From an uncultured Candidatus Saccharibacteria bacterium (GTDB lineage Bacteria > Patescibacteriota > Doudnabacteria > UBA920), in the NCBI GenBank assembly GCA_964434195.1, contig CAYSUI010000004.1, positions 4,245-68,244 of the forward strand: DNA of 64,000 nucleotides. The letters are read 5' to 3'. Made by a program: the position numbers and the translations under genes. Under the pieces are notes generated by a model. The model worked only from the letters and a program-made list of their open reading frames with translations. It was not told the DNA's origin and made no database searches. Every line of letters starts with the position of its first letter. The stretch's first letter is position 1. This document shows positions 27,163-35,944 of the stretch, in pieces.

Positions 27163-28474
27163 TCTCTACACCTGCGGACCCACTGTTTACGATTTTGCTC
27201 ACATAGGCAACCTACGTACTTACATCTTCGAAGACCTACTAAGAAGAACTCTCGAATACAACAGCCTAAAAGTTACCCACGCGATGAACATAACCGACGT
27301 GGGTCATTTAGTTGGCGACGGCGACGACGGTGAAGATAAAATGGAAAAAGGTGCTAAAAGAGAAGGCAAACACCCTCTTGAGATAGCCAAGTTCTACGAA
27401 AGTAAATTTTTCGAAGACGCTAGTAAATTAAACATACTTCCCCCACACAAACTCCTCCGCGCAACAGAATCTATAACCGAGCAAATAGAAATTATTAAAC
27501 TTCTCGAAGAAAAAGGTTTCACCTACCAGGACGAGTATGCTATATACTTCGACACTAGCAAACTACAAGACTATGGAAAGCTAAGTGGGCAGAACCTAAG
27601 CGAAAAAAAAGTTGGAGCTAGGGAAGAAGTAGTAATAGACGAAAAAAAGAAAAATCCCCAGGACTTCGTGCTCTGGTTTTTCCTCAAAGGTAAATTCGAA
27701 AACCATATACTAAAATGGCCTTCCCCATGGGGTGAAGGTTTTCCCGGTTGGCACATAGAATGCTCTGCTATTAGCAAAAAACTCCTAGGTCAACCATTCG
27801 ACATTCACTGTGGTGGTGTAGACCACATTGGCACTCACCACACCAACGAAATCGCCCAAAGCGAGGCGGCTTTCGGTACACCTCTCTGCAATATATGGAT
27901 GCATGGTGAATTCCTGCTCATAAACGGTGGTCGAATGGGTAAAAGCGAAGGCAATTTAAAAACAATAGACTCGCTTAGAGAAACCGGTTTCAACCCTCTT
28001 GTTTACCGTTACCTCTGCTTAACAGCTCACTACAGAACCCAACTAAACTTCACCGAAGAAAATTTAAAAGCCAGCGAAACGGCATTAAATAGACTCTACG
28101 AGTTCACAAAAAACATTACCCCAGCAGCAGTTGGCCTAGAAGAATATGAAACCGAATTCCTAAAACTCATTAACGAAGACCTAAATCTCCCAGGAGCACT
28201 CGCCCTTACTTGGAAAATGCTTGCAACCGACCACCCAAAAGAAAATAAACTAAAAACACTACTTAAATTCGATCAAGTCTTCGGATTGTCTTTAAATAAC
28301 CCACCAGTTGATGAATTTACAATCCCAGAAAAAATTGCACAGCTCTTAGAACAAAGAGAAACAGCAAAAAAAGATAAAGATTTCGAAACCTCAGACAAAC
28401 TAAGGCAAGAAATAGAAACCCAAGGCTGGGTTCTAATGGACACCCCCGAAGGACAAAAAGTTAAGAAAAAATAA
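27092..28474 (+). CDS. cysS: cysteine--tRNA ligase
   Basis: LYTCGPTVYDFAHIGNLRTY (HIGH region), KMGKS-like GRMGKSEGN, and a zinc-binding Cys. Confidence 0.85.
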   Translation: MIKLFNTLGRKLEQLSPIQKNEVSLYTCGPTVYDFAHIGNLRTYIFEDLLRRTLEYNSLKVTHAMNITDVGHLVGDGDDGEDKMEKGAKREGKHPLEIAKFYESKFFEDASKLNILPPHKLLRATESITEQIEIIKLLEEKGFTYQDEYAIYFDTSKLQDYGKLSGQNLSEKKVGAREEVVIDEKKKNPQDFVLWFFLKGKFENHILKWPSPWGEGFPGWHIECSAISKKLLGQPFDIHCGGVDHIGTHHTNEIAQSEAAFGTPLCNIWMHGEFLLINGGRMGKSEGNLKTIDSLRETGFNPLVYRYLCLTAHYRTQLNFTEENLKASETALNRLYEFTKNITPAAVGLEEYETEFLKLINEDLNLPGALALTWKMLATDHPKENKLKTLLKFDQVFGLSLNNPPVDEFTIPEKIAQLLEQRETAKKDKDFETSDKLRQEIETQGWVLMDTPEGQKVKKK

Positions 28475-28498
28475 AAAAACACGTTTTCCGTGTTTTAG
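28473..28498. terminator. bidirectional terminator between cysS and the GC-rich gene 28495..29850
   Basis: ACACG-uuuuc-CGUGU flanked by A7 and U4. Confidence 0.5.
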
Positions 28499-29850
28499 CT
28501 TATTCCCATAAGCTTCATAAGAAGTTCGTAGTTGCCTCTGACTTTTTCAGGTCTCGGTAATCTGAATTTGGAAGATCCTGAAATCTTGTAAAACTGAATC
28601 GGCGCAGTATGGTATTTGGCGTTGCCATTTTCCATTTCAATTTCCGGCTCTCCTTTGAACATAAAAGCATTCGCCTCTGGAGGCGCTATCCTCTTAATCT
28701 CTTTCATGTCGAACCGGAAGAACACGTAATGCCCACCAATTTCAGTTCTAAAAACCTGAACCTCACCAACCGGGGTTATGTCCTCGATTAAATACTCTGG
28801 TGTGTAAGTACTCATTGAATCACCCTTCTTGCCGTAATGAGTAAAATACCGCCCAGCATATTCCATAACCTGATAAAACCCAAAAGGCTTCTCATTTGCA
28901 GGTTCAAGCAGACTCTCCCAGTTCTGCTCGATCAAACCCTCAACATCATCAGGTCCAGGGTGAATATTTTGGAATCTCTCAGGAGTATTAACACCCACAA
29001 ACCGAGTTCCATCATTCCAGGAGTGGCAACTAACGTCGGTCACAAGCGACCTATGTTGTTCATGGTTCATAGACTGTAGTTGTCCTATAGAGAGCAGGTT
29101 AGCAAATGCCAGACCCGGCTCAGCAATCCGGTCAAAAAACCTATACAAAGGTCCGTCCTTTATGGATATTAGAAACGGGTCTGAATATGGTTTCGCAAAC
29201 TCTCTATGCATCGCCCGTCGCCTTACGCAGTACTCTTCATGACCAGCAAGCCCGTAGCGATTTTCTGGATCTTTCTGAGATTCTTCAGCGTGCCACTTTC
29301 TAGCATACTCAAGGTGAAAATCTAAATACTCCTTGTACCAACCACCAAGCCTCGCCCGGACCATTGGGTCGCACTCTGCCTCAGAATAACGAAGGATCGA
29401 AAGAAAAGAAAACTCGTAGCGATCCAGGTATTCCTCCAAATCGACCACATAAACTTTCCCATAAAAACCATCTTCCAATTTCCTGAACTCGTCGAGTGTA
29501 ATGCGCCCTCCCTCGACTCTCGTGTTTTTAGCTTGGTAACTGTGTGCATAGGCTTTCATTATTCCGGTCTTATCCGCCATTGGACCAACCCCATGAGCAA
29601 CAATCGCAATTAGCCTACCACCCTTACTCCTTCCAACAAATTCAGAAGAGTTAGTAGTAAAGTATCGCACCCAAGGCGTGCTATCTAAACCAGTCGCAAG
29701 TCTTGCTCGAATAATATCGGGCAAAGTAGCAACTCTACCTTCGTTACCTGCAAATTTCTTTGCATCCTCATAGGAGGGAACAAATCCATCACCATGGTAA
29801 AAAGCCATCGCTTGAGGCTTCTCTAACTCGCTATTTTTCCTCGTATTCAT
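28495..29850 (-). CDS. hypothetical protein, compositionally atypical (GC-rich) orphan
   Basis: 451-aa ORF in a GC-rich segment with many shadow ORFs. No TM helix. No family recognised. Confidence 0.5.
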   Translation of the reverse strand: MNTRKNSELEKPQAMAFYHGDGFVPSYEDAKKFAGNEGRVATLPDIIRARLATGLDSTPWVRYFTTNSSEFVGRSKGGRLIAIVAHGVGPMADKTGIMKAYAHSYQAKNTRVEGGRITLDEFRKLEDGFYGKVYVVDLEEYLDRYEFSFLSILRYSEAECDPMVRARLGGWYKEYLDFHLEYARKWHAEESQKDPENRYGLAGHEEYCVRRRAMHREFAKPYSDPFLISIKDGPLYRFFDRIAEPGLAFANLLSIGQLQSMNHEQHRSLVTDVSCHSWNDGTRFVGVNTPERFQNIHPGPDDVEGLIEQNWESLLEPANEKPFGFYQVMEYAGRYFTHYGKKGDSMSTYTPEYLIEDITPVGEVQVFRTEIGGHYVFFRFDMKEIKRIAPPEANAFMFKGEPEIEMENGNAKYHTAPIQFYKISGSSKFRLPRPEKVRGNYELLMKLMGIS

Positions 29851-29987
29851 TTTTAACCTTTCCTTTTTCTGGTTTCAGGTTCATACACCCACAGGCCGAA
29901 TTGCCTGCGGAACCCATTTTATATCACAAACCGCACTATTTTTCAAATACCCCGATACCACCTAACTATGTTAAAATACTCAAACCT

Positions 29988-31388
29988 ATGACTACAAAAT
30001 CAACACCAAATATAGATAGAATTCCCCCGCAAAACCTAGAGGCCGAAAAATCGGTCCTTGGCTGTTTACTGCTCGACCGCGACGGTATTATTAAAATCGC
30101 CGATATCTTAATTTCAGACGACTTTTACGACCACCGTCACAAACTTATTTTCGAGGCTATTTTAAGGCTCTATCAAAAAAACTCACCAATAGACATCCTT
30201 ACTGTCTCTTCTGCCCTAGAAGACGTTAAATCACTCGATAGGGCTGGTGGCACCTCTTATATAGCTGAACTCGGCAGCGTAGTACCAAATAGCGCTCACA
30301 TTGTCCACTACGCTGGCATCGTGCGTAAAAAAGGTACCCTTAGAAGGCTCATTAATTCTGCTTCCGAAATAACACATCTCGCCTACGAAGAGGAAGGCGA
30401 AGTAGAAACTATTCTCGACCAAGCTGAGCAAAAACTATACGGGGTCACCCAAAAACATCTTAAACAAAATTTTATCTCTATCTCAGATGTCCTTCACGAA
30501 ACTTTCGAAAGAATAGACGAACTACACAGAGACAAAGGCAAATTCCGTGGTCTACCCACAGGTTACGTAGACATGGACAATATCCTTGGCGGTTTTCAAA
30601 AATCCGACCTTATTATACTCGCTGCCCGTCCTAGTATGGGTAAAACCTCTTTCGCATTGGAAATTATTAAAAACATTTCCACACAGGCCAAAATCCCTAC
30701 CGCCATTTTCTCTCTCGAAATGAGCAAAGATCAATTAGTAGACAGACTTCTTTCATCTGAATCAGATGTTAATCTTTGGAAAATTCGTACTGGTAATTTA
30801 AACGAAGAAGATTTCGAAAAAATAGGAGTTGCTATGGGTCGGCTAGGAGAAGCGCAAATTTTCATTGACGACGCTGCTGGTAGCAACATTATGGAAGTAA
30901 GAACCAAAGCTCGTAGATTACAACAGGAACATGGTATAGGAATGGTAGTTATCGACTACCTTCAACTCATGTCAGGCCACAATACCGACAACCGCGTACA
31001 AGAAGTTAGCGAAATTTCCAGGTCTCTTAAAATACTCGCTCGTGAACTTAATGTTCCAGTCTTAGCTTTATCTCAGTTATCTCGAAGCGTTGAACAACGC
31101 CCAGACAAAGTACCACAACTTTCAGACCTCAGAGAATCAGGTTCAATCGAACAAGATGCAGACGTCGTTATGTTTATTTACCGAGAAGATATGTATAAAG
31201 GAGCAGATAGTAAACGTCCTCATATTGCTGAAATACACATTAAAAAACATCGTAACGGACCGACCGGACAAGTAGACTTATACTTTGACAATGAAAAAAC
31301 AGCATTCAAAAACCTTGCAAAACAATTCGACACTCGCCCCCAAACTGTAATGCAATCGGTAAATAGCACAGAAGAAGATTTTAATTAA
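29988..31388 (+). CDS. dnaB: replicative DNA helicase
   Basis: The start at MTTKSTPNIDRIPPQNLEAEKSVLG (29988) is the canonical DnaB N-terminus. The track's 76-codon 5' extension overlaps the divergent GC-rich gene and is rejected. Walker A ARPSMGKTSFAL and a RecA-like C-terminal domain. Confidence 0.85.
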   Translation: MTTKSTPNIDRIPPQNLEAEKSVLGCLLLDRDGIIKIADILISDDFYDHRHKLIFEAILRLYQKNSPIDILTVSSALEDVKSLDRAGGTSYIAELGSVVPNSAHIVHYAGIVRKKGTLRRLINSASEITHLAYEEEGEVETILDQAEQKLYGVTQKHLKQNFISISDVLHETFERIDELHRDKGKFRGLPTGYVDMDNILGGFQKSDLIILAARPSMGKTSFALEIIKNISTQAKIPTAIFSLEMSKDQLVDRLLSSESDVNLWKIRTGNLNEEDFEKIGVAMGRLGEAQIFIDDAAGSNIMEVRTKARRLQQEHGIGMVVIDYLQLMSGHNTDNRVQEVSEISRSLKILARELNVPVLALSQLSRSVEQRPDKVPQLSDLRESGSIEQDADVVMFIYREDMYKGADSKRPHIAEIHIKKHRNGPTGQVDLYFDNEKTAFKNLAKQFDTRPQTVMQSVNSTEEDFN

Positions 31389-31474
31389 TTAAAATAAAAA
31401 ATATAGAATAACGAATGACGAAGACTCATAAATAATCACTCCCATTCTTCATTCTCTATTCGTCATTCACCCCC

Positions 31475-32077
31475 ATGCAACTCCCTAAATCTCTTGAAAA
31501 ACTAATCACAGAATTCAGCAAACTTCCAGGCATCGGACCCAAGTCAGCCCAGAGGTTAGCTTTCTATATGCTTAAAAGAGATTTGTATGAGGTAAATCAA
31601 CTATCTGAAGCGGTAAAAAATGTAAGAAACGATATCACCTTCTGCTCTTTGTGCCACAATATGGACGACGCAAACCCATGCAATACATGCACAGACCAAA
31701 ACCGAAATAAAAGCATAATCTGTATCGTGGAAGAACCTATGGATGCATTGGCACTCGATAAAACAGGTGCCTATAAAGGCTTATTTCACATCCTTGGTGG
31801 TGTTTTAAACCCAATGGAAGGTATTGGTCCAGAAAAACTTAATATCAACTCTCTATTGAACCGCGTCCAAAATTCTACGGAACCGATCGAAGAAATAATT
31901 ATAGCTACAAACCCCACACTCGAAGGCGAAACCACAGCCATGCATCTTACTAAAATCCTCGCCCCCACAGGCATAACAGTCACCCGAATAGCTCGTGGAC
32001 TTCCTATGGGAGGAGTTCTCGAATATGCAGACGAAATTACTCTTTCCCGCGCACTCGAAGGAAGAAGAAATATATAA
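31475..32077 (+). CDS. recR: recombination protein RecR
   Basis: HhH (LPGIGPKSAQRLAF), C4 zinc finger (CSLCHN...CNTC) and a Toprim domain. Confidence 0.85.
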   Translation: MQLPKSLEKLITEFSKLPGIGPKSAQRLAFYMLKRDLYEVNQLSEAVKNVRNDITFCSLCHNMDDANPCNTCTDQNRNKSIICIVEEPMDALALDKTGAYKGLFHILGGVLNPMEGIGPEKLNINSLLNRVQNSTEPIEEIIIATNPTLEGETTAMHLTKILAPTGITVTRIARGLPMGGVLEYADEITLSRALEGRRNI

Positions 32078-32112
32078 AAAAACTCCGCTTAAATGAAGCG
32101 GAGTTTTTTTAT
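32074..32112. terminator. bidirectional terminator between recR and rplU
   Basis: ACUCCGCUU-aaaug-AAGCGGAGU perfect 9-bp stem flanked by A6 and U7. Confidence 0.65.
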
Positions 32113-32414
32113 ATTTTTACAATTTCTATTTCAGTATATGCTTGTCTGTGACCAATTTTCTTACGGTACTTACTTTTTGCCTTATACTTAAGAACTTCTA
32201 CTTTCTTGCCTCTACCCTGTTTTAAAACTTTTGCAGTTATAACAGCTCCGGTAATATAAGGCTTTCCTACGCTGTATTTACCACCGTCTTCAGTAAACAG
32301 AACTTTATCCAAAGAAATAGATTCACCAACCGCTTGGTCGATCTTTTCTATTTGTACCTTGTCCCCTTCTTTAACCAGATACTGCTTACCACCTATTTCA
32401 AATATTGCGCTCAT
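32109..32414 (-). CDS. rplU: 50S ribosomal protein L21
   Basis: MSAIFEIGGKQYLVKEGDKV... is the typical L21 N-terminus. Confidence 0.85.
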   Translation of the reverse strand: MSAIFEIGGKQYLVKEGDKVQIEKIDQAVGESISLDKVLFTEDGGKYSVGKPYITGAVITAKVLKQGRGKKVEVLKYKAKSKYRKKIGHRQAYTEIEIVKI

Positions 32415-32640
32415 CTCTAAATAAATTAAATAATTTCTCTTATTTTCTTAACTCTTATTTTAAGAGTTCTAAACTATAGTGCAGAAACTATTTTAGCTAA
32501 AACTGACAAAAAAGTCAAAATTCCCCCATTTAGCTTGACTATAGCAATAAATCTGCGTAAAATTGTCAAAAGGTTTAGTTAATAAAAAACCAGCACAAAA
32601 TCCTGATATTTTGTGAATTTTATCGTTTTGAGGAGGAATT

Positions 32641-32817
32641 GTGAATACTTCAATCCTGGCCTTTTCCATTTTGGCCCTAATAACAATGACCGTTGGCGCG
32701 ATCCGATATCGCCCGATTATCGCTTATTCTATAAAATCCTACCTGATTCCAACTTCGCGTCAGTACCAAGCCCGCATTAATGGTACTCGCTATCGGGAAG
32801 TGGGTTACAAACTGTAG
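32641..32817 (+). CDS. candidate small membrane protein (58 aa), not in the ORF track
   Basis: A GTG start 5 nt after a strong RBS (uuGAGGAGGaauuGUG). The product VNTSILAFSILALITMTVGAIRYRPIIAYSIKSYLIPTSRQYQARINGTRYREVGYKL has one TM helix. Confidence 0.3.
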   Translation: MNTSILAFSILALITMTVGAIRYRPIIAYSIKSYLIPTSRQYQARINGTRYREVGYKL

Positions 32818-32829
32818 CTTTTTAAAAAG

Positions 32830-33888
32830 CTATTTTTTTTTAAGCTCTTTTCTTCTATAAACATAAGCTACTAAAACACCTAAAGCAACCATTACAAAGA
32901 CTAATACTACCAAAGCAACCAGTTTTCCTAAACTCTGCAAAAAAACAGCAAAAAATCCAAACACAGCAGATATTAACCAAAGTACGTAAACTGCCTGTCT
33001 CTGATTCAAACCAATATCTAGTAATCTGAAATGCAAATGCTTCCTATCGCCCACAAAAGGACTTACCCCAGACTGAATTCTCCTAAATATTGCCCAAGCT
33101 ACATCTAAAATTGGAATTCCCATGACCAAAAGCGCAGTCGCAATTTTACCTCCTAAAATTATCGAAATTACTCCGAGCAAAAATCCTATTAGAGTACTAC
33201 CCCCCTCTCCTAAAAATATACTTGCAGGGTTAAAATTATAAAACAAAAAACCTAAGCAAGCTCCAGCTAAAAGAATAGCTAAACTTGCCGTAATCGGCTG
33301 ATTAACTCTTGGTGTTAACGAAAGAAAAAACAGGGTAAGCGCAGCTATAACCCCAATCCCGCTAACCAAACCATCCATCCCATCTAATATCTTGGTTGTA
33401 TAAGTCATGCCCATTAACCACACAAATGTAAAAATTGCCGAAATTGGTACACCTAAAATATCATCTCCAAAATATAATATCCCACCAAAAGGATTAGTTA
33501 TAAATTTAATCCCCACTCCTATCCCAAAACCCACACATAACAAACTAGCGACAGCAGGAAATATCCAAGACCATTTAGCGCTTAGTGTATAAATGTCATC
33601 CAAAATACCTCCAATACTCAAAATTAGAATAGAAAGTACAATAGCAACAAAAAATTTCAAAGGCACGATTCGAAAATCTATATCTCCAAAATACAGAAAA
33701 AAAGAAAGCCCAATCACAAATGTAAGAGCCACTGAAATCCCTCCCAGTAGCGGCGTTGGCCTCTTATGAATTTTCCTATCCGATACAGGTATATCTAACG
33801 CTTTATATTTATATGCCAATTTCCTCACAATAGGCACTAAATATACCGATATAAATGTAGACAGAACCAATAAAACAAAATACCTCAT
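32830..33888 (-). CDS. polyprenyl-phosphate HexNAc-1-phosphate transferase (MraY/WecA glycosyltransferase family 4)
   Basis: Multi-pass. Conserved ILDGMDGLVSG and DD motifs. 352 aa with no MurNAc-pentapeptide-specific loops, so it is more WecA/WbpL-like than MraY. Confidence 0.7.
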   Translation of the reverse strand: MRYFVLLVLSTFISVYLVPIVRKLAYKYKALDIPVSDRKIHKRPTPLLGGISVALTFVIGLSFFLYFGDIDFRIVPLKFFVAIVLSILILSIGGILDDIYTLSAKWSWIFPAVASLLCVGFGIGVGIKFITNPFGGILYFGDDILGVPISAIFTFVWLMGMTYTTKILDGMDGLVSGIGVIAALTLFFLSLTPRVNQPITASLAILLAGACLGFLFYNFNPASIFLGEGGSTLIGFLLGVISIILGGKIATALLVMGIPILDVAWAIFRRIQSGVSPFVGDRKHLHFRLLDIGLNQRQAVYVLWLISAVFGFFAVFLQSLGKLVALVVLVFVMVALGVLVAYVYRRKELKKK

Positions 33889-35555
33889 ACGTTTTCTTCT
33901 CCAACACTCTGCATTTCTTTCATATCTAAACCAGTGGTAACTCCCTTCCTTGTTTTAGGGGTTACCCAAAACTCAAGATATTTCCCAAGCATTAATCGGG
34001 TTTGTGCTTCTATCGCTGGTAGACTGCCAAACACAAGCGAAACTATGGGAACCAAAAACCATTGCAGATACATCATTACACTCCTACTTCTGCCATATTT
34101 TTTTGGTCTAGGTGGTAATAGGATTAAATTAATGTAAACACTAAAAATTAAAAAGAATGTTGCAATGGTCATAAGGGTCTTTGTTGTCTTCGGTAAATTG
34201 AACGCAACCACACTCGAGGTAAAATCCTGACCCCCAACAAAAAGCGGTAACCACCCTAAAGTTGAAATTAAGATACTAGCCGTAGCCCAGTTAAAATCAC
34301 CTTCAACATACTGCCAAAGCTTATACATCCTATCGAAAAAAGGAGCTTTACTGGTGATTAATTTAGGGACCAGATGAGGATAATATTCAACATTATAAGC
34401 CCAACGTCTTTTCTGTTTGTATTGATTCACTAATGTTTGCCAAAAACTATCAGCCAAACAAGTGTCTAAAGATATCGGAATAAATAAAGGCACTACCTGG
34501 TAATCACCTTTGTAATGCAAATAACATTGCCAGAAAATATACCCATCTTCATTCACTATATCTTTTTTCCACATTCCCACCTCAAGAAGAGTAAGTAACG
34601 GCATAGAATGCGATGAAAAAGTCCTAAGCCTGTCCGGCCTACTAGATTCAGTAAATTGCCAAAAAGAATTCGACACAGATACAACCCGAATGAAAGCCGG
34701 ACTATCCCATATATTATTATTATAAATAGCTATAGGCTGATAACTTCTCCTATATCTTTTCTCTGTAAGCACAAACTCGTACGCAACTCTTGCAAAATAC
34801 TCTGGGTGCACTATGGTGTCGCTATCGAAATTCGAAATTATCACATTCTCTTTCGAAATTTTTAATTTATCTAATTCACTTAAAATAGACAAAACCGCAA
34901 AGCTCGCATTTGCACTTTTACCTTTTATCTCTCCAGGTAACCCATCAGGGTGCCTCGTTATGAATACCTTATAAAATCCATCACTATATTTTTCTTTTAT
35001 CTGTTCAGCAATCTTAAGCGCAGACTCCCCGACTCTCTCTTCATTTGCCAGAAGGAGTATTAAATTCTCTCTACTATAATTCGTATTTACGAGTGCGGAA
35101 ACAGTAGAATCTAAAACCTCAAAAGATTCATCTACAAAAGGAATAATTATCAAATGATAAATATTTCTATAATCAGGTATCTCAACTTTACTTTCTATTA
35201 ACTTATTTATCCTAGAAATTTCTTTTCTTATAAAAAATCTTTCAACTCTTTTCCCACTCAAATCGAGCTTACCTTGTAATTCTGCAGCTAATTCTTTTAA
35301 ATCTATCGTTAAATTTAATAATTTCCGCCAATCAATTTTGACAACAACTCTAAATATCCTATAACTCGACATCAAATGAAATGCCGTATTTATCGCCTTC
35401 AAAACCCAGTAGAGGTCGAAACAAATAATAAACAAAGCTGCCGCAACCGGTTTTAAAAAGGATAAAGCGATAGCTGATACAAATACAACCCAAAACGACA
35501 AACCAGGAAGAATTTCCCAAAACCTCTCCCTAGTAGTTCTTTTTCTATAACTCAT
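33885..35555 (-). CDS. processive family-2 glycosyltransferase (cellulose/chitin/PNAG-synthase-like; QxxRW motif), membrane embedded
   Basis: TM helices at both ends. The cytoplasmic GT-A domain has D..D motifs and QKRRW (QYKQKRRWAY). Confidence 0.6.
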   Translation of the reverse strand: MSYRKRTTRERFWEILPGLSFWVVFVSAIALSFLKPVAAALFIICFDLYWVLKAINTAFHLMSSYRIFRVVVKIDWRKLLNLTIDLKELAAELQGKLDLSGKRVERFFIRKEISRINKLIESKVEIPDYRNIYHLIIIPFVDESFEVLDSTVSALVNTNYSRENLILLLANEERVGESALKIAEQIKEKYSDGFYKVFITRHPDGLPGEIKGKSANASFAVLSILSELDKLKISKENVIISNFDSDTIVHPEYFARVAYEFVLTEKRYRRSYQPIAIYNNNIWDSPAFIRVVSVSNSFWQFTESSRPDRLRTFSSHSMPLLTLLEVGMWKKDIVNEDGYIFWQCYLHYKGDYQVVPLFIPISLDTCLADSFWQTLVNQYKQKRRWAYNVEYYPHLVPKLITSKAPFFDRMYKLWQYVEGDFNWATASILISTLGWLPLFVGGQDFTSSVVAFNLPKTTKTLMTIATFFLIFSVYINLILLPPRPKKYGRSRSVMMYLQWFLVPIVSLVFGSLPAIEAQTRLMLGKYLEFWVTPKTRKGVTTGLDMKEMQSVGEENV

Positions 35556-35571
35556 ACAGAGTCAAATCTAA

Positions 35572-35898
35572 TTAGTTAATACTTAACAAAAACATATAAG
35601 CGACAAAAAGCACAATACTTACCAATAAAGTAGTATATATCGACACCTCTGCTAAAAAGTCTTGTTTAGATCTTCTTAGAAAAACATACATTATTGTGTT
35701 AAATACAAGTATAAAAAAACCGATTATCGGGATTTTATAATTATTTGAAGCATCACCAAAATATTCTGCTCCTACAATTACATTGTAATGTAAAACTACC
35801 GATCTAGAGGATTTTCCCTGGGCAACTATAATTGCCAATGTTATAATATTAATAACAAAGGTTGCTAACCAAACTATAAAAATACGATATTTAAGCAT
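35572..35898 (-). CDS. small integral membrane protein (3-4 TM), hypothetical
   Basis: 108 aa, hydrophobic. Lies between the GT2 gene and the divergent GT-C gene. Confidence 0.4.
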   Translation of the reverse strand: MLKYRIFIVWLATFVINIITLAIIVAQGKSSRSVVLHYNVIVGAEYFGDASNNYKIPIIGFFILVFNTIMYVFLRRSKQDFLAEVSIYTTLLVSIVLFVAYMFLLSIN

Positions 35899-35944
35899 AC
35901 CTACATAGTTTAATCAAAATCACTATTTCCGTAAAACAAACAAA

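Noticed and set aside
29760-29987. 5' extension of the dnaB ORF
   Set aside because: The extension is His/Pro/Phe-rich nonsense overlapping the divergent GC-rich gene. The canonical DnaB N-terminus begins at the internal Met (29988).
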